From IMG/VR virus record IMGVR_UViG_3300044846_005371, positions 32,001 through 96,000 of that record: a stretch of DNA of 64,000 nucleotides; one strand, given 5' to 3'. This document shows positions 40,170-50,121 of the stretch, in pieces. Source of the stretch: a virus. A program made the translations under genes and the position numbers. The notes beneath the pieces are model-generated. The model was not told where the DNA came from, ran no database searches, and worked only from the letters and a program-made list of their open reading frames with translations. Every line of letters starts with the position of its first letter. Within the stretch, counting starts at the first letter, position 1.

Positions 40170-40421
40170 ATGACAAAAATTATTGAAAACGATTTTACTG
40201 GAGGTCAAGGTGCAATGCCTCAGCAACCCCAGATCAATCCGGCAGATTTGCCATATATTGAATGCGAATCATGTGGACACAAAGTCTTTGAAGAAAAGAT
40301 GATGATAAAAAAAGTATCTAAGTTATTGACAGGCAATCCAACTGACTCAATTATGCCAGTTCCAGTTATTGCTTGCTCAAAATGCGGACATGTTAACGAA
40401 CTCTTTATGCCAAAAGTATGA
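40170..40421 (+). CDS. Small zinc-ribbon protein
   Basis: CESCGH ... CSKCGH pair. Confidence 0.7.
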   Translation: MTKIIENDFTGGQGAMPQQPQINPADLPYIECESCGHKVFEEKMMIKKVSKLLTGNPTDSIMPVPVIACSKCGHVNELFMPKV

Positions 40422-41842
40422 TAGTTGGTTCAGAAGTATTAAATGATAGCAATGAGCTACTAATCTCATATTATGGAAGTGATGGCAAGATATCGTACAT
40501 CCGAAAGAGACTTCACGATCATGAAATGTTTAACTGGGTAGAATCGTCAGTTCCCTCAGCTATTAAAGCATGGAATGGTAAATCGTTAAAGAAGGCAAAC
40601 TCTAATGGTCGATATATGTCTCAATTTAGAATTCAGGAATTGATCAAAGAGAAATTAACCCCTGAAGAAATTGAAGCTATCTACTCATTTGATAACTTGC
40701 CAAAGAAACACTACTTAGATATCGAGATCAAGCTACTTGATGAATCTTTTCCAGATCCTGAGAGAGCTAGAATGCCAGTAGGTTTAGTATCATTCTGTAA
40801 TGAGGATGATGTCACATACGTACTTTCAATGATGAATAATGAAGAGCAACCGAATGGTTTATCTGAAGAGGACATCAAGCGAATGGAAAACGATGTGAAA
40901 GAATACTTTAAAGGAATTGTTCCATTAAAACCTGAGGATGCTAAGTTATTCAATAAGGATTTCAAGATAAAGTATGTTTACTTTAACACTGAAGAAGAAC
41001 TTTTAGAATTTTACTTTCATAAGATTCTTCCAAAGATGTCCTTCATTACTGGTTGGAACGTAACCGAATTCGACTGGAAGTACTTAATGAATCGTTGCTC
41101 AAATATGAAAGTTGATTCCATGCAAAACATGGTGTCCAGAGCAACTTTCTCAAAAGTAAAGATTCCAACTCACATGGGAATACTTGACTATATGCAAGTA
41201 TTTGAGAAACTAAAGCCATATAAAGTTGTTGAAAACTACAAGCTTGATTACATCGCAAGTATAGTTTTAAATGCAACTAAATTGAAGCATGATTATGCAA
41301 CCATGTTTGAGTTTCAAAAGGATCTTTATCTCTTTACAATGTATAACGTAATTGACGTTATCCTCGTTAAATTGATTGAAGAAAAGCTATCAATTCTTGA
41401 TGTTGCATTCTCAATTGCAAATGTTGCGCAAGTTGAAGTAAACAAAGTATTTAGTCCAGTTTACATTGCTGAACTATTGATGTGTCGTGAATTCTTGAAT
41501 AAGAATCTTAGGATGCCGAAACCTGAATGGGGACAATCTAATGATGTTGATGCAACATATGAAGGCGCATACGTAAAGAAACCAAACCCAGGTCACTATA
41601 GTTACGTAGCATGTTATGACTTCTCATCAATGTATCCTAACATTCAAATACAATTCAATATTTCTCCAGATACCTATCTTGGGAAAGCAGATGAAGTTAA
41701 GAGAAAGGGTGGAGAGATAACTACTCGAAACAATACTTTATTTAGAAGTGATACTGACTCAGCAGCTCGAACCATCTTAACAAAACTATACAACGAACGT
41801 ATATCAACTCAAGGAGAAATTAAAAAGTTAAAAAATAAGTAA
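40418..41842 (+). CDS. Family B DNA polymerase, N-terminal part only (exonuclease plus motif A); split gp43-like
   Basis: ExoI LDIE, ExoII WNVTEFD, ExoIII YNVID, motif A YDFSSMYPNI. Stops after the first fingers helix; no KxxxNSxYG or YGDTDS. Confidence 0.9.
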   Translation: MIVGSEVLNDSNELLISYYGSDGKISYIRKRLHDHEMFNWVESSVPSAIKAWNGKSLKKANSNGRYMSQFRIQELIKEKLTPEEIEAIYSFDNLPKKHYLDIEIKLLDESFPDPERARMPVGLVSFCNEDDVTYVLSMMNNEEQPNGLSEEDIKRMENDVKEYFKGIVPLKPEDAKLFNKDFKIKYVYFNTEEELLEFYFHKILPKMSFITGWNVTEFDWKYLMNRCSNMKVDSMQNMVSRATFSKVKIPTHMGILDYMQVFEKLKPYKVVENYKLDYIASIVLNATKLKHDYATMFEFQKDLYLFTMYNVIDVILVKLIEEKLSILDVAFSIANVAQVEVNKVFSPVYIAELLMCREFLNKNLRMPKPEWGQSNDVDATYEGAYVKKPNPGHYSYVACYDFSSMYPNIQIQFNISPDTYLGKADEVKRKGGEITTRNNTLFRSDTDSAARTILTKLYNERISTQGEIKKLKNK

Positions 41843-41843
41843 T

Positions 41844-42176
41844 ATGAATTCAGAATCATTAATCAATTGGATCGAAGGTTATCTAGATGCTTGTAAAAAC
41901 AAGCCAACTCATAATCAAATTAAGGAAATCAGAAAGAAGATCGAAGAGTACCGAAAACCTTCAACTAGTTTTTGGGGTCCTGGAACTACTACAGTACCTA
42001 GCCCAATCTATGGATCTGGAACCACTCTGCTAACCGATAGCCCAAGATTTAGCTATAATGAGATTCCTGTTACTAAAAGTAACGGTGAAGAAGTTCTTCA
42101 AAATAATAATTCTGAGATAGATGAGCTTATTGAAAAAGCTAAGCGAGCTACTACCATGGAAGATTTGGAGCAATAA
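41844..42176 (+). CDS. Hypothetical protein
   Basis: 110 aa, starts 2 nt after the polymerase stop; no motif. Confidence 0.65.
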   Translation: MNSESLINWIEGYLDACKNKPTHNQIKEIRKKIEEYRKPSTSFWGPGTTTVPSPIYGSGTTLLTDSPRFSYNEIPVTKSNGEEVLQNNNSEIDELIEKAKRATTMEDLEQ

Positions 42177-42189
42177 AAAATCAAAGAAA

Positions 42190-42852
42190 ATGTACGACGA
42201 AAACAAACACATCTCCTTAATGGAGAATTTCAACAGACAGAAGTTTCAATGGATAAAAACCAAGGATCGTTCTAGACTAGCAAAGGTCGTAACATGCATT
42301 GATATTGTTCCAAGTGGTCGTTCCTTTGTTGCAAAATTTGACGACGGTTCAAGTACCGATGTTTCTAGGATAAGTTCTGATCTTATGATGATTACTGCTG
42401 ACATGCCAGCTCTTTCTAAAGCTGAGGTAGAATCTATTAATGGTCCAGTCATAACTTCTACTCCTAAAACTGGAGAAGGGCCAATCAAACTTCCGCCTGA
42501 GCTTCAAAAGGAAGCCGAAGCTATGCGAGCAGAAGCTGCTCTTGCAAATAAACAAGTAGTTTCTACTCAAATAGTGTCGGAAAATCCTACATTTGCTGGA
42601 ACAACAGTTTCACATATTGCTAAAGTTACTCCTTCTACTATTTTCTCAGCCTTTAACTCAGAAGAAACTCAAATTTCATTGGGAGTTAATATAAAGCTGC
42701 CAGAGAAGAAGCTTTTGAAGATGATGTACATGAATGCTGAAAGCAAAGATAAGTTCGTAGAAGATCTTTCTGAGTTTATTCTAAGTCAAATAAATAAACA
42801 AGTAGTATCATCTTCTGTACTTTCTATGCTTATGTCATCTAAGGGAAAATGA
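42190..42852 (+). CDS. Hypothetical protein
   Basis: Start reassigned to ATG 42190 (MYDENKH) to avoid overlapping the upstream gene; no motif. Confidence 0.65.
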   Translation: MYDENKHISLMENFNRQKFQWIKTKDRSRLAKVVTCIDIVPSGRSFVAKFDDGSSTDVSRISSDLMMITADMPALSKAEVESINGPVITSTPKTGEGPIKLPPELQKEAEAMRAEAALANKQVVSTQIVSENPTFAGTTVSHIAKVTPSTIFSAFNSEETQISLGVNIKLPEKKLLKMMYMNAESKDKFVEDLSEFILSQINKQVVSSSVLSMLMSSKGK

Positions 42853-42874
42853 TTTACTTAAAATTAAGTAGACA

Positions 42875-43450
42875 ATGGGACAAGATCTAAGTAACTTTGC
42901 ATTTAATCCTCAGGAAAAGTATTCTGATGGAAAATATTCATTCTATGAAATTTCTGATGGAACAAATTCTCATCGACGTATAAATTGCGATGTTGATGGG
43001 ATCTGCATAATGCCATTTGATTTAAACGATCATGGACAGATACATCATATTTACTTGCAAAAGTATCTAGATTATTTCAATGGAACTCAGGATTATTGTT
43101 GTGTGCATCATGATATGGATCCCGAGTATGACAACTCTCACTATGATGCTCTTGTAAGAATTTGTGAAAAGGAACTTGCGCTTGACGATATTGACGTAAA
43201 TGATATTTTCTATCTAGGAAAAGTTGCTCATACTGTTCCATTTAGTAAAACATATCGTTGTTATGGCGTAAACGTTTCAAATTATTCAGCAGATTCAGTA
43301 GAGGGGTTTAAGCCAGCTATTCCAGTATCGGAAAGAGATTCTAAAAATCATTCATTGGAAAAAGTTAGATTCACTCGACTTCTAAATGGAAGTATCGCCG
43401 ATTCACTAGCTCTTTCTTGTGGCTGCTTGCTTCTTTCTTACATAAAGTAA
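42875..43450 (+). CDS. Hypothetical protein, possible degenerate Nudix fold
   Basis: GICIMPF strand and ALVRICEKELAL helix in Nudix-like spacing, but the REUxEExGU box is broken. Confidence 0.45.
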   Translation: MGQDLSNFAFNPQEKYSDGKYSFYEISDGTNSHRRINCDVDGICIMPFDLNDHGQIHHIYLQKYLDYFNGTQDYCCVHHDMDPEYDNSHYDALVRICEKELALDDIDVNDIFYLGKVAHTVPFSKTYRCYGVNVSNYSADSVEGFKPAIPVSERDSKNHSLEKVRFTRLLNGSIADSLALSCGCLLLSYIK

Positions 43451-43500
43451 GAAACTTTTTCCTTCTTCCTAGTAAAAGATATAAAGAAAAAATAATTTTT

Positions 43501-44703
43501 ATGTCGGATACTAAGGATGTTTTGGCCGCTTTTTCAAAGTTTAATGATCTGTTAGACAAAAAGACAAAAGGCCACGTAAAGCTAAAAGGCTTTTCAGATA
43601 TTGATGAATTTATTCCAACCGGAAATTATATGCTAAATGCATTAATGTCCGGTTCTTTGTTTGGAGGATATCCAAATGCAAGAAGCGTCGGAATCGCTGG
43701 AGAATCAGGCACAGGCAAGACCTTCCTCTGTATGAATGCCGTTCGTGAAGCACAAAAGAAAGGATATGTAACTTTTTATGTGGATACTGAGGGAGCGTTA
43801 GATACTGGTGATTTTGAAAAGTTCGGAGTTGACTTAGGACTTTTAAAATATGTAAGATTAGGTATAGTATCTGAAGTTAAGTTCTTCATCAATGATCTTA
43901 TCAAAACAGCTGAGGAGAATCCTGGGCTCAAGATCATGGTTGTAGTTGATTCTTTGGGTATGCTTGAAACAGATAAAGAAGTTGCAGATTTAGATAAAGG
44001 TAAGAGTGCAAATGATATGGGTCTTAGAGCTAAGGAATTACGTTCCCTGTTCAAATCCTTTACTCTTGACTTGTCAAACTTGAAGATTCCATTCCTTTTC
44101 ACAAATCACATCTCATCCTCACTAGATCAATATAAGCCAGATGGAATGGGTGGAGGTATGGGACCAGTATACTCAGCCAGCGTTGTGTTAATGTTGAAAA
44201 AAGCTCCTCTTAGAGATGAGGCAACCAATGCAAAAACTGGAGTTATCTGTAGAGCAACTACTGATAAAAATCGATTAGCAAAACCGGACGCAATTGAGAT
44301 GCATATTTCCTTCCTTAAAGGAATGAATGAATTTGTAGGCTTGCATAAGCTTCCATTTAACTTTGAAAATTGTGGAATAGGTAGAGGTAACAAATTTACT
44401 GAAAAGGAATTTTCTAAATTAAAGCCAGCTGAACAATCTGCATGTATTCCATTTGAGATAAGCGGTGAAAAGTTTTATTTCTTCCCAAAGGAAACTGCTA
44501 GAAACTATATCTCACGCCATACTGGCGAAGCGTATCCGTTGAGAGAATTATTCTCTGAAAAGGTATGGACAGACGACGCTCTTAAGGAACTTGATGAGAA
44601 CTTAATTCGTCCAATGTATAAGTATAGTACTGCTCAGGACTTACTTAATGAAGAAACAAACGACTTAGACCATTTCAGCGATGACGATAGCGATTCGTTC
44701 TGA
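43501..44703 (+). CDS. uvsX: RecA/UvsX-like recombinase
   Basis: FIPTGNYMLN..MSG, Walker A GESGTGKT, DTEGA, Walker B VVVDSLG, GGMGPVYSAS. Start reassigned to ATG 43501. Confidence 0.92.
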   Translation: MSDTKDVLAAFSKFNDLLDKKTKGHVKLKGFSDIDEFIPTGNYMLNALMSGSLFGGYPNARSVGIAGESGTGKTFLCMNAVREAQKKGYVTFYVDTEGALDTGDFEKFGVDLGLLKYVRLGIVSEVKFFINDLIKTAEENPGLKIMVVVDSLGMLETDKEVADLDKGKSANDMGLRAKELRSLFKSFTLDLSNLKIPFLFTNHISSSLDQYKPDGMGGGMGPVYSASVVLMLKKAPLRDEATNAKTGVICRATTDKNRLAKPDAIEMHISFLKGMNEFVGLHKLPFNFENCGIGRGNKFTEKEFSKLKPAEQSACIPFEISGEKFYFFPKETARNYISRHTGEAYPLRELFSEKVWTDDALKELDENLIRPMYKYSTAQDLLNEETNDLDHFSDDDSDSF

Positions 44704-45019
44704 TTTGCCGATCAAGTATTACTTGAATCTGCAAAATGATCCAAATATCTTCGATAATGACTCATACCTATATGAAATTATAGTGTATTTGTTAAAGGTA
44801 ATTGAGACAAAGGATAAGAACTTGAGCATGGATAACTTAAAGTTTTCATCAAAATCTCTAAAATATGTTTTTGGAGATAAACTTTCTGATGAAACCTTTA
44901 AGAACAATCTAGTTCAAGCATTAAAGGAGATGATCTCCAAGAATTACCTTCAAAATGATGGTGATTTTATAAAAATAACAAAAGTAGGACTCGCTAAGTT
45001 TTATACAATAAATGATTGA
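44681..45019 (+). CDS. Hypothetical protein, possible winged helix
   Basis: C-terminal LKEMISKNYLQ..GDFIKITKVG is wHTH-like; lies between uvsX and the helicase. Confidence 0.5.
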   Translation: MTIAIRSDLPIKYYLNLQNDPNIFDNDSYLYEIIVYLLKVIETKDKNLSMDNLKFSSKSLKYVFGDKLSDETFKNNLVQALKEMISKNYLQNDGDFIKITKVGLAKFYTIND

Positions 45020-46493
45020 TTTTACGCAAAATATAGACTCACTTGAGAGCATGGTTTGGAACTTCATTTTTAATGAAGATAACATAGATAATGAATTAAA
45101 ACCAAAGAACCATGATTCATTGCGTAGAGAAGAGCTGATAACTTTAATCCACCCTAAATACTTTAATGGTGATGTCCGTCAAAATTGTTTTAGAATGGCC
45201 TTAAAGTTTTTTAAGGAGCACGATAAGATTCCAAATCGTAAAGAATTAAAGAGCTACCTTGACGTTAATTCAATATACTTAGACGAAGAATTTGATGAAC
45301 TATACGAATTTAATTTACGAGAGTATAATTATGACTATCTTTACAAATATGTAAGGTCCTTTATACTCTTAAGAAACTTAAATCTAACAGTTTTTGATCT
45401 ACTCAGTTACCTAAAAACTACTACTATTGATCCAGATAATATCGATCTAATTTCCGAAAAAGTTAGAAATGATATTAGTGGAAAGCTTGCAATTAATTTC
45501 TCAAGTGGAGATACTGGTTTAAACTTTTTTAATCCAGAAGGTCATATTCAAATCCCAAAGAAGGGAACTTCAACTGGCTTCCCATTCCTAGATAAAGTTT
45601 TGGGTGGAGGATGGAACTTAAAAACGTTAGTCGTTTTTCAAGGTAGGCCTAAAGTTGGAAAATCAATGGTGCTTGGAAACATAGCCGCTCGATCATTCTT
45701 ATCAGGAAATGTCACCGGCTTAGTTACTGTTGAATTAGCTGAACGTCAGTACATGAAGAGAATAGGTTCAAATATTCTAAGCATTCCTGGAGATGAATAC
45801 TCTGCAATTATTGATAGCGATAAGGCATCAATAATTTCAAATAAGCTAGCTGATCTTAAAGCGAATACTACTGGAATTGGAGAGCTTTGGGTGAAAGAAT
45901 TTCCTACTGGAAACTGTACAGCGATCGATATTGAGAACTACTTCCTTCGTTTGGAAAGCAAGATCAATAAAAAGTTTAAAGTTATTGTTGTTGACTATTT
46001 GAATCTACTGAGACCTCTTAAAGATCAAGAAGGACTCTATTCAAAAGTAAAAGCAATTTCAGAGGAACTTAGGGGAGTTGCAATGCGTAACGAGTGGTGT
46101 ATGGTATCAGCTACTCAAATTCGTAGAGAAGACGTTGAAAACTTTGACTTAGGTATGGAATCAGTCGCCGAATCATTTGGTCTAGTGCACACAGTTGACT
46201 CCCTATTTGGCTTGATGCGAGCTCCTTTAGAATCAAGAATGAAGATCAAAGTCATAGCGAATCGCGATAATGGATACGAAGAAAGTTATAAATTCTTCGC
46301 AATGCAAAAAGAGTTCTCAAGATTAACTGAGGAGATCGGAATAGGTAGTGAATTCTATAGCGATGATGAAGAAGTAAATAGTCTAGCTGAACAAGTTAGA
46401 TCTGAACATGCTAGTTTAAGTGTTCAACCAAATCAGCAACCTGCGACGGTCAGTGCATCCGATAATTACGATGATCTGCTAAGTAGTATATAA
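45012..46493 (+). CDS. Replicative DnaB-like helicase, gp41-like
   Basis: STGFPFLD..LGGG, GRPKVGKS, IVVDYL, SEELRG.A, ATQI.R, AESFGL, NRDNG. Confidence 0.92.
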   Translation: MIDFTQNIDSLESMVWNFIFNEDNIDNELKPKNHDSLRREELITLIHPKYFNGDVRQNCFRMALKFFKEHDKIPNRKELKSYLDVNSIYLDEEFDELYEFNLREYNYDYLYKYVRSFILLRNLNLTVFDLLSYLKTTTIDPDNIDLISEKVRNDISGKLAINFSSGDTGLNFFNPEGHIQIPKKGTSTGFPFLDKVLGGGWNLKTLVVFQGRPKVGKSMVLGNIAARSFLSGNVTGLVTVELAERQYMKRIGSNILSIPGDEYSAIIDSDKASIISNKLADLKANTTGIGELWVKEFPTGNCTAIDIENYFLRLESKINKKFKVIVVDYLNLLRPLKDQEGLYSKVKAISEELRGVAMRNEWCMVSATQIRREDVENFDLGMESVAESFGLVHTVDSLFGLMRAPLESRMKIKVIANRDNGYEESYKFFAMQKEFSRLTEEIGIGSEFYSDDEEVNSLAEQVRSEHASLSVQPNQQPATVSASDNYDDLLSSI

Positions 46494-46509
46494 AAATAAT
46501 CCAACTTGG

Positions 46510-47052
46510 ATGCAAAATGAAGAATTTGAAGAAATAGATGATTCGTTAGATAATGAAGTAACTAGAGAAGATAAAATATTTAATAATCGCTATAACTCTG
46601 GCGATGGATTAATGGACCCAGATGATTATGCATTTAATGCAAGACTCAATATAAGTAATGATTACTCCTCATCCTTCCTTAAAGATATTTATGAAGTTGA
46701 ATATCAGATGGAGTATTCTAACTCAATTGATAGCATCTTTGATTTTTTCAATAATGATCCTGAAATCTCAAAAATGATCACAGTAAACTCAACAGGAAGT
46801 AAAAATAAGTTTGCAAAGGAAGAAATTAATTTTATCTTCAATAAGGCATATTCTCAACTAAGTTCAGTTGAAGAAGACTCCCATTATTTTAGCCCAATCT
46901 ACATAGTTGAGGCAATATCTGCAATTTCTTCAATGGAATATAAGAAAATATTCGATTCTCTTGAAACCGATATACAGGAAATTCTTATAATTGAACTAAA
47001 TAAAAAATATAACTTCCTAGAGGGAAGATTTACTAAAAAAAGAATGCACTAA
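46510..47052 (+). CDS. Acidic hypothetical protein
   Basis: 180 aa within the replication operon. Confidence 0.65.
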   Translation: MQNEEFEEIDDSLDNEVTREDKIFNNRYNSGDGLMDPDDYAFNARLNISNDYSSSFLKDIYEVEYQMEYSNSIDSIFDFFNNDPEISKMITVNSTGSKNKFAKEEINFIFNKAYSQLSSVEEDSHYFSPIYIVEAISAISSMEYKKIFDSLETDIQEILIIELNKKYNFLEGRFTKKRMH

Positions 47053-47297
47053 TGAGATTTGTAAAATTTACAATAAATGGTATTGCCAGAATGATAAACT
47101 TGTATCAGGTGAGCGATATTCAGTATGTTTCCGGTACTTCAATTGTTCTCATATTCTATAACACTTTCGATTATAGCGAAGTTGTGACCATTGAATCTGC
47201 ATCAGATGACGAAGCTAGATTACTATTTGAAAAATTGGAAAAAGCATGTCGTCCAATCGACTTTGATGAACTTGATATTACTGAAATTAGAGATTAA
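47052..47297 (+). CDS. Hypothetical protein
   Basis: 81 aa, TAATG-coupled on both sides. Confidence 0.65.
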   Translation: MRFVKFTINGIARMINLYQVSDIQYVSGTSIVLIFYNTFDYSEVVTIESASDDEARLLFEKLEKACRPIDFDELDITEIRD

Positions 47298-48415
47298 TGA
47301 TAAATTTAACAGGAATTAGAAAAATATTTCTGTTGGGTGATCTACACTTAGGCGTTAGAAATAACTCAACAGAATGGTTTGAAATCCAAAAGTCTTTTCT
47401 TTTGGATTTTTTTATCAGAAAAATAGAGGAAGATGGATTTGATCCTGATCAAGACGTCTTATTCCAAGCTGGCGACTGGAATCACGTTAGAGAATCCACA
47501 AATGTTAGAATTTGGAACTCATCTTTAGATATTGCTGAGGCCCTATCGAATAAGTTTAAGAGAGGTGTTTATATCATCTTAGGCAATCATGATGTATATT
47601 ATAAAGATCGAACAGATACACATTCTCTAAAGGGATATGATAGAATGTTTCCTAACTTTAAGATATTTGAAAAACCTGAGGTCCTTCAAGTAAATAATAA
47701 GCATAAATTCTTAATGCTTCCTTGGATAGAAAGCGTTGACGAGATTTCGCAAGTTGTTCTTAATCATAGTGGAAAAGTAGATTACATACTTTGTCATGCA
47801 GACATTAAGGGATTTCGACTAAATAAATGGGCAACCTTAGAACACGGATTAGAGATAAATGATTTGCAAGCATTCAAACGAATCTATTCTGGACACATCC
47901 ATATTCGTCAGGAGAACTTAAATTCATTATATGTTGGTACACCATACCATATGGATAGAGGTGATCGTGGGAACTCTAAGGGCTTCTACATACTTGATTT
48001 TTCTACAGGAGATCTTGTGGAAAGATTCGTTGAGAATACTGAGTCGCCACAATATGTAAAATACGATATGTTTGAGTTATTAAACATGAACTTCGATGAA
48101 ATTTCAACTCTATTTAAGAATAACTTCGTTGACGTTATGATTGAAGCCGAATTTGCATCAAAATTCCCAATAACTCAATTTACTGAGATGGTAAAACCAT
48201 CTGGTTATCGACATATTGAGTTCTTCACATATAATAAGAATCAAAAGACTCGAAGCGAACAAGAATCAGAATCAAGTTATGAGTACAATATCTTCGATAT
48301 TCTTGAAAATCAGCTAAAGTCTAGAAGTTATTCAGAATCGTTAAGCACCGAAGTTAGATCAAAGTTCAAGGAGATCTATGATTCTCTTAGGAACAATAAA
48401 AGTCACGCACAATGA
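47297..48415 (+). CDS. Recombination nuclease, gp47 / Mre11 / SbcD-like
   Basis: Metallophosphoesterase motifs GDLHLG, AGDW, LGNHD, CHAD, SGHIH. Confidence 0.92.
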   Translation: MINLTGIRKIFLLGDLHLGVRNNSTEWFEIQKSFLLDFFIRKIEEDGFDPDQDVLFQAGDWNHVRESTNVRIWNSSLDIAEALSNKFKRGVYIILGNHDVYYKDRTDTHSLKGYDRMFPNFKIFEKPEVLQVNNKHKFLMLPWIESVDEISQVVLNHSGKVDYILCHADIKGFRLNKWATLEHGLEINDLQAFKRIYSGHIHIRQENLNSLYVGTPYHMDRGDRGNSKGFYILDFSTGDLVERFVENTESPQYVKYDMFELLNMNFDEISTLFKNNFVDVMIEAEFASKFPITQFTEMVKPSGYRHIEFFTYNKNQKTRSEQESESSYEYNIFDILENQLKSRSYSESLSTEVRSKFKEIYDSLRNNKSHAQ

Positions 48416-50103
48416 AGCTATTAGAATTTTCATACAAGAATATACTTTCATACGGTAACAAGCTACAAAAATTTGAATTTACTGATGAACCTCAACTTAT
48501 ATTAGTCGAAGGAGAAAATGGTGCAGGTAAATCATCAATTAAAGAAGCATTAACTGTTTCGATTTACGGACGATCTGCTATCCGAAAGATGAAAGATATT
48601 CCAAATTGGATTAATCGAAATGCGTATACTCAAGTTAAGTTTATTTCAAATTCTGGAGAAACTATTGAGATCGATAGAGGAATCGATCCAAACTTTAGTA
48701 ACATCCAAGTAAATGGATCAGAATTTAATCTGCCAGATAAGAGAAAAGTTGATGAGTTCGTAGAAGATGATTTAGCTAGAATACCATTTACTGTATTTTG
48801 TAATACTATTAGCCTATCATTCGATGATTTTAAGTCATTTGTTAACTTAACTCAAGCAGATAAGAGAAAGATTGTCGATCGAATCTTTGGAATCGATATC
48901 CTTAGTGATATGCGAGTAGTTGTTAAAGATGATCTAAAATCAAGAAAGAAGGAACTTGAATTAATTGACACAAAGCTTTCTCAAAATAAGGAAGTTTTAT
49001 CAAGATCAATGATTCAACTAGATACTCTAAAGAAAACTTTACTTGAAAAAAAGGACAATGAAGTTTCTAGACTAACTACTTCAATTTCCGATAAGGAATC
49101 CGAATTAGTTGAAATTCGTGAAAAGTATCAAGCTTTTAAAAAGGTAATTGATGATGTTAATGCAAAGATAAACGATATTAAGGAAAATTCTAGGAGTTAT
49201 TCATCCTCTATCCGAGATCTTTCATCAAAATTAGATCTCTATAATAAGAATAGATGCCCGCACTGCTTAAATGACCTAACAACTGATACTTCTAAAAAGA
49301 CCAAGGAAATTATTGAGTCCAAGAAAATAGAGCTAGAGCAAAAGTTACCTGCTCTAAATGCTTCTCTATCTGAATTGAACGCTGAATTAAATAAGCAAGT
49401 TGATGAGCAATCAGAGGCTAGGTCAGATTTCTATCAAGTTCAAGCAGATCTCAACGCTTTAAAAAATGAGCTTGATAAATTACAAAAACAACTTGAAAAT
49501 TCTGAAACAGGTTCAATTCAATCAATTATCGATTCGTTAGAAAGTGATATAGCTAGAGAAGAATCATTACTTTCTGAAAAGAAAGGAGCTTCTCAACTAT
49601 TTGAAATTTTAGACGATTTATTATCTGATTCAGGAATAAAGAAATCATTAATTGACAAAATTATTCCAGCCCTAAATGATAGAATCTTGGAAATTTCAAA
49701 ACAGTTAGAATTCAAATTTACATTTGAGTTCGATAGCGACTTCAATCCTATCATTTCTTATTTAGGAATGGATATTTCTCCTGAAAGTTTATCAAGTGGT
49801 CAACGTAAGAAGATGAACCTAATTGTTCTTCTTGCTTTCATTGAGCTAATTAAGATGAAACACAATCAAATGAATATCATGTTTCTTGATGAGATCTTTA
49901 GTTCTCTTGATAAGAACAATGTATATCGTGCAATTGAGATTCTAAAGCAATATTCTGAGAAATATAATATGACTATCTTTGTAGTATCTCACGAAGCTCT
50001 TCCTGAAGAATTCTTCGATACTCGTATCTCAGTTACACAGTCCGACCATTTCTCAGATATGAAGATCATCTCAAATAAAAAGCAAGTAAAACCTAAGAAA
50101 TAA
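48412..50103 (+). CDS. Recombination ATPase, gp46 / Rad50 / SbcC-like
   Basis: Walker A GENGAGKS, zinc hook CPHC, signature LSSGQ, Walker B FLDE, H-loop VVSH. Confidence 0.93.
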   Translation: MKLLEFSYKNILSYGNKLQKFEFTDEPQLILVEGENGAGKSSIKEALTVSIYGRSAIRKMKDIPNWINRNAYTQVKFISNSGETIEIDRGIDPNFSNIQVNGSEFNLPDKRKVDEFVEDDLARIPFTVFCNTISLSFDDFKSFVNLTQADKRKIVDRIFGIDILSDMRVVVKDDLKSRKKELELIDTKLSQNKEVLSRSMIQLDTLKKTLLEKKDNEVSRLTTSISDKESELVEIREKYQAFKKVIDDVNAKINDIKENSRSYSSSIRDLSSKLDLYNKNRCPHCLNDLTTDTSKKTKEIIESKKIELEQKLPALNASLSELNAELNKQVDEQSEARSDFYQVQADLNALKNELDKLQKQLENSETGSIQSIIDSLESDIAREESLLSEKKGASQLFEILDDLLSDSGIKKSLIDKIIPALNDRILEISKQLEFKFTFEFDSDFNPIISYLGMDISPESLSSGQRKKMNLIVLLAFIELIKMKHNQMNIMFLDEIFSSLDKNNVYRAIEILKQYSEKYNMTIFVVSHEALPEEFFDTRISVTQSDHFSDMKIISNKKQVKPKK

Positions 50104-50121
50104 AATAGTGTATAAAATATT

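Noticed and set aside
41843-42852. Frameshift, readthrough or intron continuing the polymerase
   Set aside because: No motif B or C in the downstream ORFs, no obvious slippery site, and no intron or homing endonuclease signature.
43417-43500. N-terminal extension of uvsX (similar over-extended starts at 8285, 34113, 42121, 63106)
   Set aside because: Overlap the upstream genes; downstream ATGs fit operon packing better.
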